From assembly GCA_045568435.1 (NCBI GenBank), contig JBJLBB010000001.1, positions 357,291 to 421,290 on the forward strand: a stretch of DNA of 64,000 bases. Direction: 5' to 3'. Numbering within the stretch: the first letter of the stretch is position 1; each line of letters starts with the position of its first letter. Of this stretch, positions 51,101 through 59,985 are shown piece after piece. The stretch comes from Candidatus Poseidoniaceae archaeon. GTDB taxonomy: Archaea; Thermoplasmatota; Poseidoniia; Poseidoniales; Poseidoniaceae. Position numbers and translations under genes: made by a program. The notes beneath the pieces are model-generated. The model was given only the letters and a program-made list of their open reading frames with translations, did not search any database and had not been told where the DNA came from.

Positions 51101-52288
51101 AGTTGACATATTATCTCTGTAATCGATATAACCACTTTCAAGACGGTCTTGCATCATAGTGAAGTTACCAAAAATTGTAGGATTAGTTTGGTCACCACTT
51201 CGTCTACCCCATGTCATCATTAGCATAGCCTCAGAGCCTTCATCTTCAATCGCCTCAGACATGTTGACTGCACCATTCATACTAGCAATCCAAGTTGGAG
51301 AGGTTCTGTCATACCCTGGTGTTTGACTTTGATCTTGAAGAACTACATAGTCCCAATCGATATTAGCGTCTCGCAATGTAGTATTCCAACTATCACCAGA
51401 GGTATTGACTTTCGGCCAGTGTTCAATAAACCGCATCCCTCCTGCAGTAAGTGCTTCAGAATTATTACTCTCTCCTGTGACATTGAACATGTTATGTAAA
51501 ATTGTTTCAAGTCCTTGAGTACTGATGTAACTATTACCATACATCAAGACATTAGATGGGTATGAAATGCTTGAGTTCGACTGATTGCCAGTACCGTTAC
51601 CGGTGCCATTTCCTGTCCCATTGCCAGTACCGTTTCCAGTTCCATTTCCAGTTCCATTTCCAGTACCGTTCCCAGTTCCGTTTCCAGTCCCATTGGTGAA
51701 ATTAGACCAAAAAGTGGCAAGGTCTGGTTCAGAGTCTACATTTAGTAGAATTGTATCTTCTACATTACCATCATTCCAAATATCGACGGTGTAATTCATT
51801 GATGTACCAGCATCCATTTGCTGGAGCGGGCCGTTCATGGAAGAGAATGATACTGAAGTCGCATATGAAGGGTCAACAGATGCATAAACAGTAATACTGG
51901 TTGAAACATTTGCATCAGGTTCTGTAACAATGATGTCAAATGAGCCACTATCAGATGGAACTGCACCAGTATCTAATCGGATGACAAAGGTAGTATCTGC
52001 AGAAAAAGTTGGCAGTACATTATCTACAGTTTCATTCACCGAAGTAACATTCCACAAATTAGGCAGATTAGATAAATCCAAAGTGATATTATAGGACTCG
52101 ATTGAGGAACCATTATTGTCTATTGTTAGAGTTAGATTATCAGAGTAACCGCCCTGAAGTACAATATGAGATTTATCTACAGAAAGTTGTATTGATGGGT
52201 GGGCAGATGCATTATAAGCCATTGGAGATATACTGGCAAGAAGTAAAATCGCGACAAAAGTTAGCGCTCGACCTGCATGTTTAGACAT
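48164..52288 (-). CDS. Giant cell-surface (glyco)protein (1374 aa) with an (NGT)x10 sequon array, an SGNH-hydrolase-like (DUF4886-like) domain, C-terminal TM and cytoplasmic Cys4 zinc ribbon
   Basis: Signal MSKHAGRALTFVAILLLASISPMAYNASA. TNGTGNGTGNGT... repeat. SGNH-like blocks YGNSYI, DYVVLQDQSQTPG, ADGSHPSLSGSYLAACVLYA. TM GGWIFSILLLMLMNTL. Tail with CPSCEA...CPKCDT. Confidence 0.65.
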   Translation of the reverse strand: MSKHAGRALTFVAILLLASISPMAYNASAHPSIQLSVDKSHIVLQGGYSDNLTLTIDNNGSSIESYNITLDLSNLPNLWNVTSVNETVDNVLPTFSADTTFVIRLDTGAVPSDSGSFDIIVTEPDANVSTSITVYASVDPSYATSVSFSSMNGPLQQMDAGTSMNYTVDIWNDGNVEDTILLNVDSEPDLATFWSNFTNGTGNGTGNGTGNGTGNGTGNGTGNGTGNGTGNGTGNQSNSSISYPSNVLMYGNSYISTQGLETILHNMFNVTGESNNSEALTAGGMRFIEHWPKVNTSGDSWNTTLRDANIDWDYVVLQDQSQTPGYDRTSPTWIASMNGAVNMSEAIEDEGSEAMLMMTWGRRSGDQTNPTIFGNFTMMQDRLESGYIDYRDNMSTPTRDVWIAPVGLAYKHIHDNINLTGIDPIMSGNTFFDLYTADGSHPSLSGSYLAACVLYASMIGESPVGSNDTVALSASLKLELQQAAAATVFNETSHISYPWQETSGASISPTSQSSRTIPAGWNVIFDDVELTDVPAASHQQVNLEVSVPSDATPGFYGFNLYSASTKGNVSSYSTMVIEVVAENNIDAVFLDQDADFIPGQTTDTTVQVTNLGNAELDMDWTIELISGPCNISLLTASSNNFAPDDVVDVGVQVIVDSTSTSSDECVARLGGSASFGEQQYSPQDFDFTIGIDEKVEFELTIPEGGITVTPGSASAYEIRLNNTGSEEVEFFLDIGASNGLMTSLTSSTGVTVSSGSVGIWSLTTDAESGMVENYSQSFSVTYGGITSNIAMNVHVESVPSVTLTGPLDGRVSVMPGQTVSVELELSNDGTKELNLTASVGGLPTGAQVSFNPTSSILGSGQSITINMTLSMISTSESGAHPITVTYSSPETSASLSLELQIADSVGLTVNSVTSNIAAGPLSSVDYTFEITNLGSAQDTYFITLSYDDSNNATTWFDIVLSTTSVNLDPSSTQAISMSIRERAVGAPSNGVPVDIIVTSTNDDMVSSSSSFNVIPIQASAQITILEDDSGGKPGESISGTVVVTNTGTGIDQFLLSTPGNSCGLSEIFSLDAGSSSQTYSWSCMIDEDSTYGYESITFRVTSGARTNYVLEEVETYIVEANWGSDGIVEMSFGTNSLSMSSSGGSSTTFTVKNLANAPITGTLFLLGTDESLFDSSLTLVSTNSSSNQFTLSNGESAVYELLLNSRVTETQSASLVISANVEIDGSTYTVESENLTVDIVGPEMPPEGVELLFGVTLDKSQTLYTMFGGWIFSILLLMLMNTLRKRRKAKTSNQEEFEDDTVTELKDSKKKKKKDKEVKAHPLGHNECRMSSDNKVTCPSCEARLGVPRGSVPPFKFTCPKCDTKIRVVESHKF
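51588..51705. repeat. About 10 tandem 12-bp units encoding (G-N-G-T)n
   Basis: ccagt(a/t)ccgtt(a/t)cc-type units are visible in 51588-51705 (coding strand is minus). Confidence 0.85.
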
Positions 52289-52363
52289 AAGACCCAGTCA
52301 AGCCAGTAGCGCATCCCTCTTGAGTGAATCGGATACAAGCATATAATTTTGTTTAAATTATAA

Positions 52364-53605
52364 TCATCCTTGCTGTAGTGATGATATTCTATCTTGGTCT
52401 AAATTTTCCCAAGGGAATTCTCCAGATTGTCCGACATTTCTACCGAAGTGTCCACCAGCAGCAGTAACCGAATAAATTGGCCTCTGAAGGTTTAGGTCAC
52501 GAGAAATAGCTCCTGGCCTAAAGTCAAATGTTGCGTTTACTCTACGAGCAATTTCCATTTCTGATTGAGTCGATGTTCCAAATGTTTCTACTCTTACACT
52601 TACAGGTTCAGCCACACCAATTACATATGCTAATTGAATCTCACATCTATCTGCAAGACCTGCAGCAACTACGTGCTTAGCAGCCCAACGTGATGCATAA
52701 GCAGCAGAACGATCCACCTTTGATGGGTCTTTTCCTGAGAATGCTCCGCCCCCGTGGCGACCCATTCCACCATAAGTATCAACGATGATTTTACGGCCGG
52801 TCAAACCTGCATCTGCATAAGGACCTCCTGGGTCTGCAAATCTTCCAGTTCCATTTACTACTAACTTGTAGTCATTGTTTAGTAATTCAGCAGGAATTGA
52901 ATGTTCTACAACATGCTCTCGGATTTGTTGTCTGACATATTCGAGTTCTTTCTCCTCTGAACCATCGAATTGGTCTTTCAACTTATCATCATGTTGAATC
53001 GCTATCACGACAGTGTGAACCTTAGAAATAGAACCATCTTGATCATATTCAACAGTAACTTGAGATTTACCATCCGGCCTTGTCCAAGGAAGTGTTCCAT
53101 CTTCCCTAACAGTGGTCAAACGTCGAGTTAATCTTTGGGAAAGAGCTGCTGCTAATGGGAAGTAGCGACCCTTTAGTCCATCGTAATTTTCTGTTTCATT
53201 ACAAGCATATCCAAACATCATACCCTGGTCTCCAGCACCTTGGTCTAAACCGTCTTTATTGACACCTTGAGCAATATTTGCTGATTGGGTCGTGATGTGA
53301 ACTTGAACATCACAAAACTCTGGACTGGTTGCATCCATTCCTATCCTATGAGATACATAACCGATTGCAGCACCGGCTTTACGAGCGACTGATTCATAAT
53401 CAGGTGCAGTGCCATTAAGAGATACTTCTCCTGCAAGGACTATCAAGCCTTTTTCTTCTTTACCCTTTACACATGTCTCTACAGCAACTCTAGCATTAGG
53501 GTCGACACTTAGACAAGCATCAACAATTGCGTCTGATATTGCGTCACAAAGTTTGTCAGGGTGTCCGCTAGTTACCGATTCTGATGAAAATAGTACATTC
53601 GTCAT
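52364..53605 (-). CDS. metK: S-adenosylmethionine synthetase, bacterial/eukaryotic-type MetK
   Basis: FSSESVTSGHPDKLCDAISDAIVDA (MetK N-terminal signature), GGGAFSGKDPSKVDRSAAY (motif GGGAFSGKD). Confidence 0.9.
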   Translation of the reverse strand: MTNVLFSSESVTSGHPDKLCDAISDAIVDACLSVDPNARVAVETCVKGKEEKGLIVLAGEVSLNGTAPDYESVARKAGAAIGYVSHRIGMDATSPEFCDVQVHITTQSANIAQGVNKDGLDQGAGDQGMMFGYACNETENYDGLKGRYFPLAAALSQRLTRRLTTVREDGTLPWTRPDGKSQVTVEYDQDGSISKVHTVVIAIQHDDKLKDQFDGSEEKELEYVRQQIREHVVEHSIPAELLNNDYKLVVNGTGRFADPGGPYADAGLTGRKIIVDTYGGMGRHGGGAFSGKDPSKVDRSAAYASRWAAKHVVAAGLADRCEIQLAYVIGVAEPVSVRVETFGTSTQSEMEIARRVNATFDFRPGAISRDLNLQRPIYSVTAAGGHFGRNVGQSGEFPWENLDQDRISSLQQG

Positions 53606-53721
53606 GGTTAACCCGCCTTGTCAACCATTTATGAATAAATCGCCTCTTTAACATAGATAATATTCTTAACAATCATAAAAGTCTCAAAGTTTCCTCTTGC
53701 GTCTTACAAAATCATCGTGTT

Positions 53722-55170
53722 TTGAAACGAATGCTTGATGTTCTAAACCACCTCCGCCCGAATATGGCCACTTATGTTGCAACCGCATACAGAACACACA
53801 CATTGGGAGAAATTCAATCAGAAGGTGCCCAACTTGTAGGGCAAGAAGTCACAGTCGCTGGATTCATGGAAGCAAATCGTGGTAAAGGAGCCATCTGTTT
53901 TGTTGACCTAAGAGATGGAACAGGAAAGACACAGATCTTTCTCAAGGCCGATAATATAGGAGAAGAATCTCTCGATATGGTTCAAAGAATGACTCGAGAA
54001 TCTACATTACAATTCACTGGAACTGTTTCTCAAAAGAGACCTCCTAAAACTAAGGAAGGAGAACCTGTTCCACCGCCTGCATACGAAGTTGTGGCAAATT
54101 CTGTAACTGTTGTTGCAAAAGCAGAAGCACCACTGCCACTGGGTGTAACCGATACTGTACATGTTGCCCTAGACACAAGGTTAGACAATAGATTCTTGGA
54201 CTTGAGAAGAGCACACGTTGCCGCTATGTTTAGACTTAGAGGCAAGGTTCTCCAGTATGGAAGAGAGGCTTTGATCAACGAGGGTTTCTTTGAAACTCAT
54301 ACACCAAAGATTGTAGCAACCGCTACTGAAGGTGGAACTGACCTTTTCCCAATGCAGTATTTCGACATACCTGCATACCTAAACCAATCCCCGCAATTAT
54401 TCAAGCAACTATGTATGTCTGGAGGGCTTGAAAGAGTCTTTGAAGTCGGACCTGCATTTAGAGCTGAAAAACATGACACATACCGTCATCTAAACGAATT
54501 TATTTCTTTTGATATCGAATGTTCTTGGGCGACTGATGATGACGTCATGGGAGTTTTGGAAAGAATGATTCATCATATGTGGGACTCGGTTTCCAAGGAT
54601 TCTGAATCTCAAAAGCACATCGAAACAATCAACCAGTATCGAGCCACTCAAGGTGAAGAACCAGTGGAAGTAATCGTACCTGAATTACCATTCCCAAGAG
54701 TTTCTTATTGTGATGCAATTGACATCATCAAGAAGAAGGGTGGTAAAATTGAATGGGGCGATGATATCGATGCTGAAAATTCAGACTTATTGGCTGAAGA
54801 CCTACCTCAATTCTATTTCTTGCCTAAGTGGCCAATGGACCTCAAACCCTTCTACATACGTCACGTAGAGGGTGAAATTGGTTCAACTGGTAAACAACTA
54901 AGCAGAGGTTTCGACTTAAACTTCGGCCGAGATGAATTAACATCAGGTGGACAAAGAGAACACCGAATGGATGTATTGATTGAGAACCTTAAGGATATGG
55001 AACTTGATCCAGAAGAATTTGAATTCTATGTTGCAGGATTTAGACATGGAGTTCCACCTCACGCAGGATGGGGACTTGGGGTAGAGAGAATCTTGATGAA
55101 ACTCACTGGGGCAAAGAATGTACGTGAAACCGTTTTATTCCCTCGTGATAGAAAGCGAGTGAGTCCTTAG
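53722..55170 (+). CDS. aspS: Aspartyl-tRNA synthetase, archaeal/eukaryal class IIb type
   Basis: OB-fold N-terminus; QSPQLFKQ; motif 2 [15 protein letters not shown]; motif 3 [11 protein letters not shown]; about 480 aa. Asn- versus Asp-specificity was not resolved, but QSPQLFKQ favours AspRS. Confidence 0.8.
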   Translation: MKRMLDVLNHLRPNMATYVATAYRTHTLGEIQSEGAQLVGQEVTVAGFMEANRGKGAICFVDLRDGTGKTQIFLKADNIGEESLDMVQRMTRESTLQFTGTVSQKRPPKTKEGEPVPPPAYEVVANSVTVVAKAEAPLPLGVTDTVHVALDTRLDNRFLDLRRAHVAAMFRLRGKVLQYGREALINEGFFETHTPKIVATATEGGTDLFPMQYFDIPAYLNQSPQLFKQLCMSGGLERVFEVGPAFRAEKHDTYRHLNEFISFDIECSWATDDDVMGVLERMIHHMWDSVSKDSESQKHIETINQYRATQGEEPVEVIVPELPFPRVSYCDAIDIIKKKGGKIEWGDDIDAENSDLLAEDLPQFYFLPKWPMDLKPFYIRHVEGEIGSTGKQLSRGFDLNFGRDELTSGGQREHRMDVLIENLKDMELDPEEFEFYVAGFRHGVPPHAGWGLGVERILMKLTGAKNVRETVLFPRDRKRVSP

Positions 55171-55217
55171 AACCATAATGGTGCAATCATTATCAACCCC
55201 CTTTTCGAGGAGGAAAC

Positions 55218-55901
55218 ATGCACGAAGTAGTTTATTTTGATTCACCTGGATTTGCCGAAGTTTCTCGATTTTGTCTCGAACTTTCGGGTTTGGAATGGAA
55301 AAATACTACTGTCGATTGGAATGGATATCTGCAAATGAAAGAACAAGGCAAATTGCCTTGGGGATATCTGCCAATTATTAGAACACCTGAAGGGGTCTTA
55401 GCCGAATCAAATGCTCTCCTACGTTATACTGGCGCCCTAGCTGGAATCGAGCCAAAAGACCTTTTCACAAGAGGTAAGGTTGATGAAATGGTTGAAGTAA
55501 TCAATGGATGGAGAGAGCATTTTACTCCAACATTTGCAATAGAAGACCTAGATGAAAAGATAGCTGCTCGAGAATTGATGTTTGCCGAAGGAGGGAAAAT
55601 GGATAATGCTCTCAAAGCAATATCAAAGATTTTTGAAGATTCGGAGACTGGTTGGTTAGCCAATACCGAAGATATGACTATTGCAGATATCAAAGGTTTC
55701 ATGGACACATTCATGATGTTCTCTGGGCAATTTGATGGAGTTGTTCCAAAAATGTTGCTGAATTATCCAGTGTTGCTTAATTTCCATCAAAAGATGTCTA
55801 ATGATGAAAGAGTCAAGAATTACTATGACAATGAAGACGAAAGCAGATGGGTGTTTAGACCAGGTGCTTTCGATGATATCAAAGAATCAAACGATGTCTA
55901 A
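55218..55901 (+). CDS. Glutathione S-transferase-like protein
   Basis: Thioredoxin-like N-domain with LPIIRTPEGVLAESNALLRYT (the GST G-site pattern) followed by a helical C-domain. Confidence 0.6.
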   Translation: MHEVVYFDSPGFAEVSRFCLELSGLEWKNTTVDWNGYLQMKEQGKLPWGYLPIIRTPEGVLAESNALLRYTGALAGIEPKDLFTRGKVDEMVEVINGWREHFTPTFAIEDLDEKIAARELMFAEGGKMDNALKAISKIFEDSETGWLANTEDMTIADIKGFMDTFMMFSGQFDGVVPKMLLNYPVLLNFHQKMSNDERVKNYYDNEDESRWVFRPGAFDDIKESNDV

Positions 55902-56342
55902 AGGCGAATCACTAGAAGTGAATCGAGCAATACTTCCATCATTGGAAATTACAAACTTTTCAAAATTCCAGCGTATATCTCCTGTGTGTCCGTCTGAACC
56001 TACAGATTGGCTTAACTCTGTAAACAAAGGATGTTGATTTTCACCCTTGACTTCGAGTTTTGCCATTAGAGGGAAATCTACACCATACTCTGAGGAAGTA
56101 AAATCGCAAATTTCTTGATGTGAGCCGGGTTCTTGTCCTCCAAATTGGTTGCATGGAAATCCTACTACTGTAACTCCATCCTGTGTTGATTTTTCTTGAA
56201 GTTGCTCATACTGGCGAGTAAATCCACATGCACTTGCCACATTTACCACCAACCAATGCTCTGTTCCGGATTCTCCCAAACTTCGTAGAGTTGTTTTTTG
56301 TCCATCCATCATGTCAAATTCGATATCTAGAGGATTGCCCAT
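55887..56342 (-). CDS. Glutathione peroxidase (Cys-type)
   Basis: NVASACGFT and VGFPCNQFGGQEPG signatures. Confidence 0.85.
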   Translation of the reverse strand: MGNPLDIEFDMMDGQKTTLRSLGESGTEHWLVVNVASACGFTRQYEQLQEKSTQDGVTVVGFPCNQFGGQEPGSHQEICDFTSSEYGVDFPLMAKLEVKGENQHPLFTELSQSVGSDGHTGDIRWNFEKFVISNDGSIARFTSSDSPLDIV

Positions 56343-56427
56343 AATTGCCCTAAGGAGTTCTACTCTTCAATATGTTAGTTACAAGCGGTAGAGTAAGTGT
56401 GATAGGCATCAACTATCAGGATTTGAT

Positions 56428-57174
56428 ATGGCGGTTGACCGTATGCAGTGGGGTGCCGAATCTTGGCAATACGCTGACTTGTATATGCCAGATGACCCAT
56501 CGCCATACCAAAAAGACGTAGGAATTCCTTGTATAATGTTGATCCATGGTGGATTTTGGAAAGAAAAATACGACTCGGAATTGATGAAACCGATTGCCGA
56601 AGATTTGGCTGAAGCAGGTGTTGCTGCATGGAATATTGAATTCAAAAGATGGAATGATGATGAAGATGGAGTTTGGATGGATACACTCTCTGATGTGATG
56701 AGAGCTTGGGGGCAATTAGCACTCTTGCCAGGAATTGATATCACTCGTTCTATGGTCATGGGTCATTCTGCTGGTGGACAATTAGCGCTTATTCTTGCCG
56801 CCAAGGCTGAAAGAAAACCATGGCTTGCAATCGCCCAAGCACCGATTACTGACTTGATTGGCGCAGACCACGCCAAGTTATCTGATGATGGCGATGCTGT
56901 ACGTAAATGGCTTGGCTGTACTCCAGAAGAGAATCCGGAACTTTGGTCACAACTCAATCCGGTAGATAATCCACCTATTTCTCCTGTATTGATTATTCAT
57001 GGTGAACAAGATGATGAGGTACCACATGAACAATCTGAAACTTATGCTAGAGTGATGAAAGCAAAGGGAGCAGATGTCCAAAAGTTATGGCTTCCTGGCG
57101 ACCATTTCTCGATTATCGATGTAGCAAGTGATGATTGGTTAGTAGAGTTGAATGCAATCTTAGATTGGCTATAA
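56428..57174 (+). CDS. Alpha/beta-hydrolase fold esterase
   Basis: Oxyanion LIHGGFW; nucleophile elbow GHSAGG; downstream Asp/His (HGEQDDEVPHE). Confidence 0.7.
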   Translation: MAVDRMQWGAESWQYADLYMPDDPSPYQKDVGIPCIMLIHGGFWKEKYDSELMKPIAEDLAEAGVAAWNIEFKRWNDDEDGVWMDTLSDVMRAWGQLALLPGIDITRSMVMGHSAGGQLALILAAKAERKPWLAIAQAPITDLIGADHAKLSDDGDAVRKWLGCTPEENPELWSQLNPVDNPPISPVLIIHGEQDDEVPHEQSETYARVMKAKGADVQKLWLPGDHFSIIDVASDDWLVELNAILDWL

Positions 57175-58028
57175 TGCGAATACCTATGACCGAAGACCTC
57201 TTGGATGACGACATGGAACTACTAGGCTCTGATTTCCCATACTCGGAAAATTCCTTGACTGGAAGACACGCTATGGTCTGTGGAGCAAGTCGTGGAATTG
57301 GCGCTGCTACCGCGAAAATGCTGGCTAAGGCAGGGGCTGATGTTACAATTTGTGCAAGAAACCAAAATGCTTTGGAAGAACTAAAGGTTGAACTTTCAAA
57401 ACTTGGAACTGGAAATCATCAAGTATGTATCATTGACCTTGAAGACACTCAATCTCTGGGTTCAAAGGTTCAATCTATCATTGCTGGAAACGGACCTATT
57501 CACATACTTGTCAATAATGCCGGAGGACCTCCTGGCGGACCTCTACTGAACAATGAACTGGAAGATTTTGAAGCCCCTTTCAAAAGACATTTACACGCAT
57601 CTCACACTCTGGTTCAATTATTAGCACCACAAATGAAAGAGGAGAACTTTGGCAGAATTATTCAGATTATTTCTACCTCGGTAAAAGAACCAATTCCAAA
57701 CATTGGCCTTTCCAATACCTTGAGAGGTGCCATGGCTTCTTGGGCTAAATCATTATCACGTGAACTCGACCCATGTATCACTATCAACAATGTATTACCT
57801 GGTTTCACAGATACTGACAGATTGGGTAGTTTGGCTGACTCAATACATCAAAGAACAGGTAAAAGTCCTGAAGATATTCACACTTCATGGATTGAACAAG
57901 TTCCAATTGGTCGATTGATTGACCCACTAGAAACCGCTTCCGCAATTCTATTTCTTGCACTACCTGCTTCAGGAGGCATCCGAGGAGTATCCCTTGCAGT
58001 AGACGGTGGAAGACTCCGCGGTATTTGA
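57174..58028 (+). CDS. Short-chain dehydrogenase/reductase (FabG-like)
   Basis: CGASRGIGAATAK (TGxxxGIG), NNAG, catalytic YxxxK. Start set at ATG 57174 (TAATG overlap with upstream stop); the ORF track starts at 57135. Confidence 0.75.
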   Translation: MRIPMTEDLLDDDMELLGSDFPYSENSLTGRHAMVCGASRGIGAATAKMLAKAGADVTICARNQNALEELKVELSKLGTGNHQVCIIDLEDTQSLGSKVQSIIAGNGPIHILVNNAGGPPGGPLLNNELEDFEAPFKRHLHASHTLVQLLAPQMKEENFGRIIQIISTSVKEPIPNIGLSNTLRGAMASWAKSLSRELDPCITINNVLPGFTDTDRLGSLADSIHQRTGKSPEDIHTSWIEQVPIGRLIDPLETASAILFLALPASGGIRGVSLAVDGGRLRGI

Positions 58029-59027
58029 TCAACGATATATATCGAACCAAACCGGATAATGGTCTGATACATTCGATGTACTAAATGATGAAGTATCAAC
58101 TCCCCAAGTTCCTACCAAGCGCCCGCTTAACTCTCCGGTAGTTACGATTCGGTCATAAGCACAATCAGTTGAAGATACAGTTGTATCAGCAGAATCTGGA
58201 ACTAACCAAGTATAGTTGGAATTTCTCATGGGTGATGACCATAATTCTTCAGAGGATGCATAACTACAACCAGCATTATAATCACCTAAAATAACTATAT
58301 CTGGCTCTTGCGGGTTTTCAGCTTGATAATCTTGAACCACTATATGAAGTGCATTTATTTCTTCCATTGCCGATGCTGGCTTGGTATGAATTGTGATTAG
58401 AGTTAAATCAAATCCTGAGGAATTACCACTCGCATTCAATAATTCAAAACTTCCCAAGTAGGGTTCTTTTTGAAATAAATCATTTTCAGAATCATTGTAC
58501 AATGAGCCATTTATTGGAGAAAATACCGTTGTATTGTAATAATACGCATATTGCTCTTGATAAGTATCATCTTCTTGCTGACCACTTCTTTCACTGAGCA
58601 ACATATCCCAAGTATCATTGGAACGGTTGTTTATTTGCTCAAGGAAATCATAAGGAACGGTTTGGTCGAGGTCTCGTATTTCTTGGACTGATACCAAATC
58701 ATATTGAAGAACTGTATCTACCAATACGTTGATAACTTCCGGTTTACTCATTTTTGTTTCACCAAAAACTTTGATGTTGAATGTCGCTATTCGGGCCACT
58801 TCTGAGCGATTTAGTTGAGGTATTTCTCTTGCTCCAGTTTCATTTTCAACTTCATCCTGCTGTTCATCATTATTAGTTTCTACAAAAACAAAAACAGTAT
58901 TATCTTCCTTGTGAACCAGAAGGTGAATTGTCATCGGTGCCAAAATTAAAATGGCCACTAAACTCAATGCTTGAAGATAACCTTCCATAGAAGCCATTAA
59001 CGCTCGGGGAATTTGCATTGTTATCAA
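58029..59027 (-). CDS. Membrane-anchored DNase I-like nuclease (endonuclease/exonuclease/phosphatase family)
   Basis: N-terminal TM anchor. ATFNIKVFG, VQEI, ILGDYNAGCSY, SDHYPVWFD match DNase I/EEP catalytic motifs. Confidence 0.7.
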   Translation of the reverse strand: MITMQIPRALMASMEGYLQALSLVAILILAPMTIHLLVHKEDNTVFVFVETNNDEQQDEVENETGAREIPQLNRSEVARIATFNIKVFGETKMSKPEVINVLVDTVLQYDLVSVQEIRDLDQTVPYDFLEQINNRSNDTWDMLLSERSGQQEDDTYQEQYAYYYNTTVFSPINGSLYNDSENDLFQKEPYLGSFELLNASGNSSGFDLTLITIHTKPASAMEEINALHIVVQDYQAENPQEPDIVILGDYNAGCSYASSEELWSSPMRNSNYTWLVPDSADTTVSSTDCAYDRIVTTGELSGRLVGTWGVDTSSFSTSNVSDHYPVWFDIYR

Positions 59028-59086
59028 TCTTGTTTCAAAATATCATCAATGCATAGGTTATTGACGCGGGGGTTCTACCGCGGGTC

Positions 59087-59926
59087 ATGTCCGGAGAGGT
59101 GAGTCCTGAACAGGCTCGTAAAATTCTTGATATGCTTACCGAGGGAAAAGCCCTTGAAAATGTCAATACATCACTTGCACTGCGTCTTGTACCACTTGCA
59201 GAAGAACTTGATGACGAGGAACTCGTGGGAAGATTACTAGAACATGCCTTAGAAGTAAGTCAAGATGAAGTGGAAAAGGGTTGGGCTGATTTTGAGATTA
59301 TGAAACTTCAAAATGCTTCAATTGAAGATTTTGCAAAGTTATCATCTCAAACTGAAAACTTAGTCGAGGGAAGTTCACTTTCTGCTGCAATAATGCACCA
59401 CTTAGGGTTGATGTATTTGGCAATGGATAACTATAGCGAGGCTAAACTATTCACAAATCGCTCTTTACGACTTAGAGAATCAAATGAAGATGAAGAGGGT
59501 ATTGTTTACGGATTAGCACTTCTTGAAGCATGTTGTAAGAGAGAAAACCTGAATGATGAAGCCATCATTCACGGAACTAGAAAGTTAGAGATTCTTATGA
59601 AACTTGGAGACCTTGAAGGACAAATGGAGGCGATGAGTGACCTTGCACACACACAAGCAACGATAGGCTCCTTTGATGCTGCTCAAGATCTATACGAACA
59701 ATCTCTAAAAATTTCGAACGAACTTGAAGATGTTTCAGGACAATTGGTTGCAAGATGGGGTTTGGCAGATATAGCAGAGATTAGTGAGGATTATCAAACA
59801 GCAATGCTACTACTTTCCGATTGTCTTCATTCATTTATTGCACTAGGCATTACTGCACCTCCACAAATTCGTGATAGAATCGAGGCATTGGCTAATCTTG
59901 AACAGCCGCCGGAAAATAAGGAATAA
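59087..59926 (+). CDS. Hypothetical protein, TPR-like helical repeats
   Basis: 279 aa, helical-repeat composition (…YSEAKLF…, …GDLEGQMEAM…); no catalytic motif. Confidence 0.45.
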   Translation: MSGEVSPEQARKILDMLTEGKALENVNTSLALRLVPLAEELDDEELVGRLLEHALEVSQDEVEKGWADFEIMKLQNASIEDFAKLSSQTENLVEGSSLSAAIMHHLGLMYLAMDNYSEAKLFTNRSLRLRESNEDEEGIVYGLALLEACCKRENLNDEAIIHGTRKLEILMKLGDLEGQMEAMSDLAHTQATIGSFDAAQDLYEQSLKISNELEDVSGQLVARWGLADIAEISEDYQTAMLLLSDCLHSFIALGITAPPQIRDRIEALANLEQPPENKE

Positions 59927-59985
59927 AATTATTTCAGTCCACAAAGTTATGATGTGAAAGCAACTGGCAGGAATGGTGATAGAGT

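Noticed and set aside
57135-57173. Upstream extension of the SDR gene (MVSRVECNLRLAIM...)
   Set aside because: It overlaps the preceding esterase gene by 40 nt. An in-frame ATG at 57174 gives the canonical TAATG junction and keeps the N-terminal Rossmann motif intact.
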